The notes beneath the pieces are model-generated. The model searched no databases and had not been told where the DNA came from. It saw only the letters and a list, made by a program, of their open reading frames with translations. 64,000 nt of DNA from positions 303,066 through 367,065 of the forward strand of contig DF236972.1 of NCBI GenBank assembly GCA_000708835.1, given 5' to 3'. Origin of the DNA: Klebsormidium nitens (lineage: Eukaryota; Plantae; Klebsormidiophyceae). Made by a program: the position numbers and the translations under genes. Positions 40,701 to 52,496 of the stretch are shown piece after piece (position 1 is the stretch's first letter; each line of letters begins with the position of its first letter).

Positions 40701-43470
40701 CCGGCGCAGCCGCTGGGCTTCGACAGAATCCTCAAACGGTGAGGGCTGCAGATTGGGTTCGAAAGCGGCGGAACAAAGTTTCTCGATCGCTGTTGCTTGT
40801 AAGAAGTAAACGGCCAGAATCAACGGGGACACCTGTTTCAAGAGAGCCGTTTGGAGGGTCCGGGGAAGAATGCTGGGTTCTGATAAGGTCGTGCCTTTTT
40901 CCAAAGCGTATGAAGCGCCTAACGGGAGGCTGACCCATACAGTTGTTTCGAGGGAAGTGAGTCAGCGGTTGTGCGCATTCAGAAAGGTTGAATGTCGCAC
41001 TCTTTCGCATCTCGGGGCTGCAAAGAGGGGACTGTTCATTCTTAGCCAATCCAGCAGCCCAGATAGATTCGCACCAACAGCCGCCAGACGCAAAAAGGCT
41101 CGTACTTGTTCATACTTCCAATCTTTCGGACTCTCGTGCAGGAAAACGGACCCCCAGCAGCGGCTGCTCCGGCGTCCGGCCGTGTCCGTCGTCAGCCAGG
41201 GTTGGGCGGAAGAGTCGCTGGCCCGGGGAGTAATGCTCAACGAGGCTGACTTCAGCATGAGGTCAGCATTCCGCTTTTTCCTGGGGCTCCGAAAAGCGCA
41301 GAAGCCTGGGTCCGCTTACGTCAAGACGACGCTTGCTAGTGCCGGTAGATGTAGCTCATGTTTCTGGTGCACTCTTCCATTTTTCGTGTGCGTCTTGTTC
41401 AAGTCTGAGAGGTACGTGGCGAGTTCTGGTTGCGTCCTCCTGAAAAGCGGGTTTCGTTTGAGTATTATGCGACAGGGCACGGATCTATTTCAACAGCAGT
41501 TCCAGCGTTCTTGATTTACGTGTGCAAAAGGTTGTCAATAGAACAGGACGGGACGATCGAAATAGAGTGAGCGAGCTTTGCTAGTTTGTGTGAGTTCTTG
41601 CGAAGTCACAGAAAAATGTTCCATCTGGGGAGCACGAGTTACCAAGGGTTATCCTTTTTGAAGTCCTGGCAGCCTCGAATCAGTGCTATTCAAATTCCAG
41701 TCAATGTGTCTATGCGCTTGATCGCTTTTACATGCATCTGAGGAAGAAGTCGACTACGTGTGCGCCTTCCGCCAACCCAAGTCGTTGCATCCGCAATAGT
41801 CACGAGAAGAGCACCGGATGACGAATATTCTTTCTTCATTAAAGCGAACATGTATGCCGACGCCATTAAGCGAAGTCGAAAACCTGGTGTTGTGCGACTG
41901 ATTTGACTCCGACTTCTCGCAATTCCGACTGCCATTCTGGTTCGGCCATTTGTTTTTCGCCTGCCGGCTTTGACGGTTCTCTACGTGTTCGTGTAACGAT
42001 ATTGACGACGACGTGAGTAGCGCGTGGCATGGAAACTCTTCGACCTCAAAATGAGCGAAAGACGCCAAAGCGTAAAGCTGACGTCCAGTGGATTGACCTG
42101 ACGCGTCCCGTGTTCTGATCCGCAGGCCTGAATCGGCGATCGAATGGCCCCAGACCGCCAGTCCCAGCGCCGCCTCAGGTCCCCACCCTTCGTCGGGCAC
42201 AAATCGCAACCTGAAACCCTCCCAAAACTCCCCTCAACCAGCCCACGAGAGCACTGTTAGTGAGTCGAAGCTCCGAGCGACCCTCCAAACCCGACTGGAG
42301 ACCGCCGCGGAGGCCCTGTCACGGAGTCTCCCTTGCACGGAAGATCGTAACCCACCTGAAAAACCCGCTGGTTTATTATTAAACCCGTCCCAAACCTCCC
42401 CGTCGGCCTCCGCTCAAATCCCAAGTCTGGAGCGGGTTAGTGACGCAAAGATAAGGCCGCCGGAACCCTTGTCTCAAAGCGGCTCGAACGCCGAGTCTCA
42501 AGTGGATTCGCAGTCGGCGAATCTACTATTACTCAGAAGGGTGGAGCGAGGTGCAAGTGGCGGCTTTAAGACGGGCGCCGACTGCGGTTCGGTGCAAAAA
42601 GCGGCAATGGAACCGGGGCAGGATTCTGACCGATCAAACGGAACGGACGATGTCTTACATGGGCCGAAGAAGCTGCTTAACAACATTAATCCCGGGGAGC
42701 ACGAATGGTGCGGAATACCGAGGATGGAAAGCTTGCTCGGCTGCAGTCTCGATGCCGAGTCGCAGGCGCAGACATCAGGGATAGCGAGTGCAGAGACCGG
42801 GGCTCAAGCCTCTAGAAGAGAGGCCGCCCCGTTGTCGAGCATCGACACTCAGCCTGCGACTTCTCTCAGGGGGGTAGATAGGGGGGGGCGCCGCGGCGTC
42901 TCTAAGGAACGGGCGTTTGGTTACGATTCCGGGCCGAGTGCAAATGTTAGCGAGAAATGTGCGTTGCCGACGCTCTGTTCTGCGGGGTGGATCAGCGGGT
43001 CGGACAGCGAGAAAGAAAATCCTGGGCGGCAGCGGCGGAATGGCAAACGGCCAGCGGAATGCGTTGCGGAAGCGCGCCGAGCGACGCTCGCGGCGGGCAC
43101 GCGTACGCGCCCTTTGAGCGACCTGCCACTTGGAGCGGGGGCCGGGAATGACGTCACGCTGTCGTCACGGGCAGGAAAGAGGGCCAGGCCTGGCGCCGAG
43201 CTTGTTGACCATAAGGCGTGCGCTGTGTTGACCTCACAGCCGTCGTCACCCCTCGAACTGGGGACAGTCCCCGGGGCTTTGCCTCCCAGTCACCGGGTGA
43301 CCGCACCCCAGGTGAAAGAAGCGGTCGGGGGAAGCTTTGAGGTAGTCGGAGGGAGTTTGGACTCCGGGGTCAAGACCGCGGAGCAAACGAAAAGTGTGGG
43401 GGTGGGGTTCAAGCCGAAGAAAAAGGTATGTTACAGGGACGTCCTTTTGGGCTTCTCAGCTCCGAGGTAG
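25722..43470 (+). CDS. LIG4: DNA ligase IV (DBD, adenylation domain, OB domain, two BRCT, long low-complexity tail), ~1342 aa, 25 exons
   Basis: Exons: 25722-25865, 26172-26345, 27153-27244, 27711-27796, 28215-28351, 28864-28938, 29496-29587, 30042-30107, 30737-30822, 31557-31594, 31993-32125, 32806-32881, 33793-33952, 34476-34534, 34907-34990, 35395-35487, 36128-36176, 36740-36827, 37351-37545, 37991-38216, 38814-38919, 39612-39751, 40574-40738, 41142-41261, 42126-43470. They sum to 4029 nt, in frame. Motifs EHKFDGDR, ILDGEL, VAFDI, EGIVLK, WLKVKPDY, RYDK, two BRCT domains and C-terminal KKKVCYRDV. The start codon is provisional. Confidence 0.93.
33541..33832 (+). repeat. Tandem triplication of the intron12/exon13 junction of LIG4
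   Basis: AG|GGA(C/T)GAGGGC occurs at 33557, 33672 and 33793. The two spacers share AAAGATACATGAAG.TCTGTTCTCATCATTAC. Periods are 115 and 121 nt. Confidence 0.9.
34267..34447. repeat. Diverged ~70-bp tandem repeat (about 2.5 copies) in a LIG4 intron
   Basis: AGATGCGG occurs three times, CCATTTGCA.GGCTT twice, and ATACGGG.ACAACA.AGTT.AGACGT twice. Confidence 0.55.
35849..35925. repeat. ~24-bp minisatellite, 3 copies, in a LIG4 intron
   Basis: ATAAGTAGACAAAACGCCGAC / ATAATGAGTCGACAAAACGCTGATAAC / ATAAGTTGACAGAACGCTGACAAC. Confidence 0.65.
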
Positions 43471-44347
43471 GGTCTGCCTACGGACGATCGGACAGGCCTA
43501 CACACCGTCGGCTAAGCATCGTTGCTAGAGCATGCAGCACTAAACATCGAAACACTTGCATTTTGCAACTCTCGCTGATGGCATACGGATCCGAGCAGAT
43601 TTGGTTGTCAGCAAGCTCAGCGGCTGATGATGAGCTTGATCAATCTGGTCTGTTTGCACATACGGATCATGATCATGTGGTTGAGTCATTGCACCCTGTC
43701 AACGCAGTCACCGACAACGTACTGTGCACGCATCATCCAGGAATTGGCTAGCCTGGGCCGCCTGGACGGACGGTCGAATCTGCATGAGCTTATATACGTT
43801 ATGCACTGATTACGAGCCAAATATATGAGGCTATATAGTACAGCCTCAATTCGCAATTATCTGCACATACTAGCTCAGGCATTGGGCATTGTACTGTACA
43901 TTATTATGGCACACGGGCCATACTATATGATAATTTGTCAACCATGCGCGCAGTTGGACTCGGCTCAGACTCGTTTTGCTATAGCCGCAATAATGGTTTA
44001 CTTCACTTTTCGGCTTGGCTGAGGCTCAGGGAAACAAGCCTTTTCCCCCGGGCCCTCGACCGGGGTGTTTCCTCAAGGGGACTCTGCCGTCGGGTGACTG
44101 AAGCCCTGGGCGCACACTACAGACTGCGACAGACCATGATTCTGACTTGGCCGTTTGAGAGGCCCTGGTAGCCATCATGTGCATGGTGGTGTATACTTCT
44201 AATTTGAGCTTCTTCTTCAGAGAATGTATGCAACAACCAATCAGAGTTGTTGACAGAAGCTGGATGCTGAAAATGATCACTTGATTTCACTCAAAAAGGA
44301 CCGTCTGATGTGTCTGCTCAGCTGCGTAATTTTGAGCAGGACATGCT

Positions 44348-44379
44348 ATTTTGACCGATTTTGACCGATTTTGACCGAT
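44348..44379. repeat. 10-bp tandem repeat x3 (ATTTTGACCG)
   Basis: Three perfect copies in intergenic DNA. Confidence 0.85.
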
Positions 44380-45466
44380 CGAAGGTCGTGAGTTACAGCT
44401 AGGAAAACCAAAGTGAATGGCCTTCCTTTTTGCATTTCTCATGATAACTTTCAAGGACGAACCACTTTGGAACAACTTTGGACGGCCATACTTTTGCTTG
44501 CTCTTCGAAATAGAAGTAAACCGACTTCAGGCCTCGCAAGGCGGCGGCCGCCATGCCAGAAAGTCACTAGGTGAGTTTGACTCATCTAGGTAGTGCAGAC
44601 TGGGGACTTCACCGTGTACCGAAGAGGACTCCGAATCTGCTCGCCAGGCGGGGCGAAAAGTGAAGTATGGTTGGAGGCTGGAATAGGGCCTGCATGGACG
44701 GTCCTAATAGTTCGAACTATAGGATCGTGTGATCACAATTGAGCATGCTGTCGCGGAAGGTCTCGCAGGCTCTGCGATATAGCACGTATTAAATTTTCAT
44801 CCATTCATGAATTGTTTATCCTAGAGGCCCGGCGGCTCAAGTTTTGATGCACGCGCGCGCGCCGCATTCCGTTCAGAGCAGTGATCTTGGAAAGAATGCC
44901 ATGCAATTCAATTCCGAGTTTGAAGCAACTCTGCACCATACCATCTTGCGGGGCCTGACACCATGGCGTTTGCTGTGACAGCTTCACATATGATTCGAGG
45001 AAAAAGAGCATATGAAGCTGCAGGCTACAGAGTCATACATTTGCAGCAAACATAATCTGCCGCAAGGCGGCAGTGGACGTATTGCCATAATACATGCCCT
45101 GGCACATTTAAAAGGGTCCATTCTAAAGGTATGCATTCATCCAGAACACTCTGCCTTGGAAATGAAACAGATGTGGTGATTGCTTTAGCTCCGACTTCAT
45201 AGCCGGACACCTTGACTGCATATGCAGAACCGCAACACGTGTGACAATTGTTCACACGATTTGTCCAAGGCCGACGTCCTATTTACAATTGACTGTAGCC
45301 CCGCTAGTCATCGCTCACTATCAAAGCTTCATCTGTTCGTTTATGTTACACTAAGGCAGTCCCAAAGAACCCCCCCCGCCAACACGCATGTTGTCAGCGG
45401 GCATCAGCACAATCATCAGGCCAATGCTTGCAAAACAAGTACTCCGATACTTACACCTACGTACTT

Positions 45467-47334
45467 CTAAGTGGCTTTCGCAGGCTTCGCGGCTTTTGCT
45501 TTTGTTGTCTTCGGCTTGGCAGCTGCCTTGGGTTTTGAGGCGGCCTTAGGCTTAGCCGGGGCCTTAGCTTTTGTGGGGGTTTTAGGCTTCGCGGCAGTCT
45601 TGGGCTTTGCAGCGGCTTTCGGCTTAGCAGCAGCTTTCGGCTTGGCGGCAGCCTTTGGTTTTGTAGCAGTCTTGGGCTTGGGAGTGGCGGCCTTCTTAGG
45701 AGTGGTGGTAGTCTTGGGCTTCTTAGCAGCTGCACAAAACTTGCTGAAGTCAGCGAGTGGTTTTCGCTGCTCAACCGCCTCTCCGCCAGCTGTCATTTAC
45801 AGAAGCAGATCAGATGCACCTTCAAATGTTCCAAATTCACCTCATCAAGACTCTACAGATCAGCTGCGGTCCCTTGACTGTCAAAAATCGTCCCTTGACT
45901 GTCAAAAACCTTCCATTCACGCCAGCTGTGATGCAAGTGCGACCAAATTGAGACACAGAGGCACCAAACCTTCCCCCGCTGGTCTGCCCCTGACTTGAAT
46001 TCCATCACACTCTGACATTGCAACCATGCTCCCCAACCAAACAGAAGAAACTTAGACGCCGAGCCAACAGATCCACGCTCATGATGCACAAATCAGTACC
46101 CTGACGTCCAGACAACCATGCCTACAAACCAAAGAAAGATGCCGTCTGCCCTACCTGGCTTCTTGGCAGGCGCGGGCTTCTTGGGAGCAGGCTTCTTCTT
46201 GGGGACCTTCTTGAGCTCCTCGCCGAGCTTGAAGCTGGCCTTGACCTTGACCAGCTTGCCGGACGCTGCCAAGTTCTTCAGCTGGTTGCCCAGGAGCTTG
46301 TGGTGGTTGGGAGGCAACTTGCCTGCCAGAGAAGTAGCTGACATCAGCCAATTGCATAGACTCTCCGAAAGATCTTGCAGATGCTCCTCGCTCAAGATTG
46401 TAAGGATCATCAGGCGTAGATACTTGCGTGCCCAGAGGAGCATCTCAAACCAGTCAACTGCACAGACTCTCTGTCGGAGAGAAGAGTTGATGTCCCTGGA
46501 CTGCAACATAGGAAAGGCTGCTCAAGCATTTGAATGTTGTTCCGGAATGTGCACTTGGTTCTTGAGTGTCAAGCATATGTCCACAGTGAGTGAGCTGGAG
46601 AGCAGACACCAGCATGAGATGGGCAACTTAGTGTGCAGATTGCAGCAGCCGACTGCCTCCAGCATCCCCAGATGATCTACCATTGCTGATTAGAAGACAC
46701 AGAATTGCAGAGACTTGATGCAGCCCAAAAGGCCGTCTGCTGTCTTGTTCTATGACAAAAGCCTTTCAAGTTTCTTGACCTTGTCTCCAACACAAATTCC
46801 ACCTGATCCTGACCGGTTCCTTCCTCAGAATTGCATTACAATGCTCACCGGCGTAATGTTCGTCAATGTACTTCTCAATTGCTTGTGAGCTTGACCCTGT
46901 CCTGTCCTGTAATGCAAGAAAGCTTCAATAAGCAAGTTGCTCCTTGCAGGCTCAAAGGGAACAAAGCAGGCGGATTGTGCTCAAAGTCCCAAATCAACAA
47001 GCAGATTCTCTCAAAAGCAGCTATCCTATCAGACTGGTAAAGTGCACCACTCACATTGAGGGTGACTTCGAGGACAGAAACACCACCGCGGAACTGAAGA
47101 TTTCCAGAAGTCCTAGAACAGGATGCTCACCTTATAGTGGACAATCGCCTCTTTGATCATTTCTAGATAGGTGGGGTGTGCAGGAGGGCCCTTTGGCTTG
47201 GGCTCAGCCTTTGCCTTTGGTGCCTTTGGTGCCTTAGGCGCCTTAGGTGCCTTCGCCACCTTGGCTTTGGGGGCCGGCTTTGCTGTCTCCTCGGCCTTAG
47301 GAGCCTCAGCAGGGGCAGCGGCGTCGTCAGCCAT
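45467..47334 (-). CDS. H1: Histone H1 (linker histone), copy A, 230 aa
   Basis: Exons 47334-47131, 46906-46849, 46322-46155 and 45729-45467. Globular domain HPTYLEMIKEAIVHYK|DRTGSSSQAIEKYIDEHYA|GKLPPNHHKLLGNQLKNLAASGKLVKVKASFKL, followed by a K/A/P-rich tail. Confidence 0.95.
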
Positions 47335-47629
47335 GTTTGCTGTTTGCTAAGCGAGCTGGAAGATGCGGAGTCCTGTACAGTGGAGAAGAGGGAGAGGAGC
47401 TTTCCTGACGTTGTTGAGAAGTGTTGAGAGGTCTTGCTTGATAGAAGCGTTTTGAAAAACGACAAGTGTTTTGCAAAAGCCTTTCCTTGCAAGAAAGACG
47501 TTTTGCCTGCATGCCAAGGCAAGACTGCGTACGCTAGATTTTAGTCTCGCGGCGCCTCTCGGCTTAGCAAAGCGCGCGCGGCAGCGGGATGCTTCAATAT
47601 CCCCGTACGACACGACGCTGCGTCGAGCT

Positions 47630-47760
47630 CAAATTCAAATTTGGCTGCCAGCGCGGAGCGTTCTGATTGGCCGAAAATGACACGCCCTTCAAACGCATCT
47701 CGATCGTCCGATTTCTGACCTTCCAAATTGACTGAAGGTTGCCCGACCGTTCGATAAGGA
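47630..47760 (-). promoter_or_regulatory. H1-A promoter module: CCAAT box plus ACCGTTCGATAAG (MSA-like) motif
   Basis: CTGATTGGCCG (CCAAT at 47670-47666) and ACCGTTCGATAAG at 47746-47758. The same motifs occur in the same order upstream of H1-B. Confidence 0.5.
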
Positions 47761-48503
47761 GAACCCGACTGGGCCGCCTTAGCGGCGGCCAGAGGAACGC
47801 ATAGAATGCTGTGCTCGTCGGCCGGCAAAGTAACGGGCGTGCAGACCTTTTATGGTTACCTGAGCATCCTTTAAGCTAAGAACATTCAAGTTAAGGCTCT
47901 CCTGGCTCCCTTCGTGTCTATCTAGGCTTGAAAGAAGGCAGACCAAGCTGTTGGAAAGCGGAGGACCGAGGACAACCAGATTTGATCATCAGGAGCGACA
48001 AAAAGGAGCCTGAACAATCTAGAAAAGATCATTTTCTTTATCAGACAATGGATGAGGGCCAAAAAGTACTTTTTAATGGTCTGAAGTTGCTTTCTTGTGT
48101 CCATTTTGAGAAAGTAGTGAGCCGAACATGACTCCAAGTTTCCAGCGAGCTTGGTCTTTGAGGGGTCGACCAAAAACACAAATAGCGAGACAGTATGTAG
48201 TCCTCCTTCATTGAAAATCATCAAAGGTGGTTCTATATTGTTTATATAGACATTCCGACTGATTTCTAAACTGAAAATGAAGGAAAGAAGCAGGCAACGC
48301 AGCGCGAAATAGGGAGAGAATGGCACACACCTGAAACATGGGAGGAAACAATCTGACAAGCGGACACGTCAGCAACGAAAACCCAGTTCCAGAGAAAGGT
48401 CTTTTGATGATTCATAATGTCTATCCCACATTTTAAAATGCCAAAAGAACCCTATTATCCATACGGAATGCTCAGAACATAGATAAAGCGACGCAGCAAG
48501 ACA

Positions 48504-50370
48504 TAACCCGGTTGAGAAATTCAACTTGGGGCAAATGTGGGCAGGTGGATGTCGGAGAGACGTTTCATCACCTCGCGACAAACATTACCCGAGAACTATC
48601 TTTCATATCATATTTACTAGGGTAAAAAGATGCTGAAAGCCGGAGAAAGTGGTTTAAGCACCGAGCATGAAAGCACAGAGCTCGGAATTGAGCTCAAAGA
48701 GACACATGGAAACACCGAGGTGCCCTGTCCCCAGAGGGGTCAGCAAATGCGCCTCGACCTAGTTCTTTTTTGCTTTCTCCATGCACAGCATTGCATTTAT
48801 TGTTCATTAGTAACCTTTTTGATATGTTAGTTGCGGTTCCGACGTGTTTTGCCCATCCCGAGTGCTGCAGATTGTGGTAAAAGTGCAAGCAAGAGAAGTG
48901 GTGTCATTGCCACGTGTCAGCTTGTGTCACCATTTGGTCGGATTCTGCTCTCTTGCTCGATCCCGCTCGGTTCCACCCATCATCTCTGGAATATTGGGTA
49001 TTCTCATAGCCGGATCACATGGAGATTACGCAAAAATTTGGTTTACAGTGCATGCGAAGCGCGTGTTTTTCGCTGCACTGCCCAATCTGCAATTCATCAA
49101 TATTTCCTTGAAATTCTGCTGATTGTTCTCGGTCGAGCGCAGTTCTGCAGGTACGTCGCTGCAGTATTCTAGATCAAATCATCACAGGTACCTCAGATGA
49201 GCTTTTCATCCATTTTCTACGGGTTTTTAACGGCTCGAAGAAGCTTTCTGATCCTGGAACTTCAGCATAAAAGGCTAAATTAAATCAGGAAAATAAAGTC
49301 CCTCAACTATGATTGAGGCAAAATGTTTCTATTAGAGCAAGGGCCGAGAAATTTGACCGCAATCCCAGCTTGTTTACCTGATCTATTCAAATGTAAGCTG
49401 TTCTGGCGAATCATTCTCCGCGCAAGCGACTTTTCCTCCTGCCAGACTCGGCAGCAGTAGGCAGAGCCGCGGTTCCGGGTTACGGTCAAACCCGCACTTT
49501 CGAAACTCTCGGTCGGACGGTCGGCACGCTTCGCCGACAGTCTTCGACGAATGTTACCTTAATTTGCTGATGAAGGTAACATTCTTGGGGGTGCCTACTA
49601 GCCATTTTAACGTTTAATTGCGGCTGGAATCTGAGTACAGTGAGTTTATAATTGCACAGGGCTTGGTTAACTGATTCTGAGAAGCAAGCCCACAATTGCA
49701 GACTTCTCTAACCTGGGTAGGCAGAAGTCAGCAAGCCCTTCAGCCGCTTTTATTCTTGAACCTTTCCGAAGATCTCCATGGTTGTCAGCCTGAAAATATC
49801 CTCTTGCAGTGTCTTTCATTCTGGCCAAAACAGGAACACAGACGGTACTTAACCCGGTGGGGAAAAGTCACCCGGGGCTAAAGTGGGCAGGTTCCTTTCG
49901 AGGAGACGTCCGAGCATCTCGACAGACGAATAGACCTCGAAGACTTTTCAAAACAGGCTGTACTAATGCTATAAGATATGAAGTGCCCAAAAAAACTCAT
50001 ACGTGAAGGAGAGTGAAAGCACAGAGCTTGCAAATGAGCTCAAGAGGTACACATGAGAATACACTTGGGTGCCCTGTCCACCGGGGGTTCCGCCAAATGT
50101 GGCCCGACCTAGTTCGTTCTGAGATTGACCGGACACGCTTTTCCAATGTACCCTTGGCACTCAGTGTAAGATGTCATTTCTGCACTACTTCAAGTGCAGC
50201 AGGTTCTGATATAAGCGCAGGCATTGAAGGTGGTGCCAGTACTGCCATGCACGTGTCACCAAGTTGACCAAGTTGTGTCAACCTCCGGTACGTCAGCTCA
50301 AGCTCTCTTGCTGGGGCTTCGTGACCTCTCGTCCAACTTATGTACAGTTGAAAATATTTGGAGCCCATCT
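48504..50370. repeat. Diverged direct duplication with ~1.35-kb period (~48504-48990 vs ~49850-50370)
   Basis: TAACCCGGT at 48504/49850, GAAAGCACAGAGCT at 48669/50015, GACCTAGTT at 48756/50106. Offsets are 1346-1350. Confidence 0.7.
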
Positions 50371-50799
50371 TGATTCCAGTCCTTCAAAATAAGGTCTTAC
50401 AATGCGTCCGACGCATTATTTCACTGGCTAGTCATGACCTGACTCTGACGAGTGCCAGCTGGCAATAAGTTGAGCGACCAATACTCTTGAGGACATTGGG
50501 ACGTACAGACACATTCTTGCGGACACTTTGGATTTCGAAACGTTGGAAGGATGAAAGAACTCGAATCAGCTCGTCACAATAGTATTCGTCTGCGTGTTTC
50601 TGAGAGCTGATCTAACGGGTACGTACACTAGTATACATTGGTGTGGTCAATCCAAAATTAATACATCATCATGGAACTAAGCCGAAAAAAAAGGAAGTCG
50701 AGGTGCTGAGCTCTGCACAAGACGGTTCCTTCAGCTGAGAAGAGAGCGAACAAACTAGTACATTAAAGCATCGCAATGACGCACAACTTGACAACTTAG

Positions 50800-51010
50800 G
50801 GGGTTGAATCTGGTCCGTCAAGCCGCTTCCCTTTTCGCCGCGCGCGCGAAGCCGCGGTTCGGCCGGATCGGACAGCCCACTGACCGTCCGATCGGCGGAG
50901 CCTACGATCGTACGACGGTCGGAATGTCCACCGGCGCGCGCTCTACGCGGACTGCCCCTCAGCCTGACAAACGTCGCCTCGGGCCCTCCATTGGGCCCAG
51001 CTCAGCACTG
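50800..51010. promoter_or_regulatory. GC/CpG-rich promoter-like island with no assigned gene
   Basis: CG-dense stretch with GGGCCC/TGGGCC site-II-like motifs, ACCGTCCGAT (also seen at the H1-B promoter) and a short GATCGGAC...GTCCGATC hairpin. Confidence 0.35.
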
Positions 51011-52496
51011 ATTTGAGGACGTCAAACGACGCAGTGAACTGGTCTCCTGTATGACCTCTCTGTCTGTCTCTGAAAGGTTTCTCTCAGTTTGCAAGGGTGC
51101 GATTTTTTCATACCGTCCGAAAAGCGAGCCCACAGAACCACAAGTGACGCGTACGATTTTTAAGTCAGCTGGATGCCAGGCAGCAAGACTGAAGATACTG
51201 ACCTGTTGGTGATCGAGCCACTAGTGCATTTTCGAGTCCTTTCCTTTGTTATGGTTTCCGCTCGAGATTCAGAACAGTTGCAGTTGTTCTCTTTTGAGGC
51301 CGGCATGGAGGCCGCTGTAAGCTGTAAGTAGCGGGTGCGAAAACACGTCTGAACTGGGCTTCAGGCGGTGCAAGTACATGAATGAAAACATCCTGCAAGC
51401 ATGAACCCTACTGACGCCATACCCGGAATTAGGAATCGAACAACGTTGAATATGGTAGAATCTTATCCGCAAATCACGCAAGGTGACTCTGTCCAGAGCT
51501 TTCAACGTGTTCGAAATGATAATCGTAATTGGTCCTCCGAAGGGTTTGGATCGTCCGATCGGCTGATCGCTGATCGTCTACGTATGGGCTCATAACATCT
51601 CGTTCACTAGCCCTAGTCTGCCAATGGAATATCAAGCTGCCCACCATCCAACCTTGCATGTACAACAAGCGTATAAGGTCTACGCTCGATATTCTTCCCT
51701 GATAACGAGGTTCATACATATGTTTTCAAGGGACCATATTCTGCAACGGTCCCCGGTTCAGAGTCAGATTAAGCGTGATTATTCGATTGTTTGCAGCTAT
51801 ATAGCGTGCGCGGCGCACAAAAGCAGCACTCGCTTTACATTGATCAGAACTGGATGATCGCAGACGATCATGAAACGGTTTCGTCGCGACAGCAATTTGA
51901 AGGGCCCCTCCTCCATCTACCAAGCAGCCAGCATAGAGCCAGACTGATTCGGAGGCGGTTTTTGTGAACGTAATCAGCATAAAGTAAGTTTTGAGAGTCT
52001 GTGTTCCTTGATAACCTGCTCTAAGCTCTGGAGGACGTCTGACCAGATAGTAGAGGTCACTTTAAAGGACCGAGCTCAACGCACATTGACTGTTCGTCCA
52101 GTTGACTCGAGCAATGTTTGAATGTCAACCCAATCATACGCGCCTCGCCTAACCGTCAGAAACCTTGGAAACTTCCTATACGTACAGTTGCCAACCGCTC
52201 GAAGAGCAAAGGAGCAACTTTTCTAAGACGGCGGATCCTCACAGCCCTCTAGCTGAAATCGTTCTCGTCACCGACTCGCTTCCTAACCTACTCTAGCCAG
52301 ACCATGCCTGTAACGTCATTCGATGCAAATTTTGGTTTCCCGCTCCTCTCAATCCCCCACGGTCGCGCCGTAAATCCGCCGCCTGACCAGAAAGTCGCCG
52401 CACTAGCCCGGTACGCCGTCCGAAACGGAAGCCGATTCTCCACTCTAAGGAAAACCTCATCGTTAACAGAATCGTCTTTTTAACCCGCCGCCTAAC

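Noticed and set aside
42469-43470. 333-aa ORF as a separate gene
   Set aside because: It is in frame with acceptor 42126 and ends in the LIG4-type KKKVxYRDV motif, so it is the last LIG4 exon.
45869-45908. GTCCCTTGACTGTCAAAAA x2 in an H1-A intron, and a similar 23-bp duplication at 29443-29485
   Set aside because: Ordinary short slippage duplications with no evident function.
45471-45998. Plus-strand 175-aa A/G/L/F-rich ORF (likewise 61035-61439, 61057-61425 and 46118-46675)
   Set aside because: Antisense shadows of the K/A/P-rich histone H1 exons.
50190-50260. LxxLxLxxNxL-like peptide (LQCLRLYQNLL) on the minus strand, suggesting an LRR gene
   Set aside because: It is a single occurrence bounded by stops and is not preserved in the duplicate copy.
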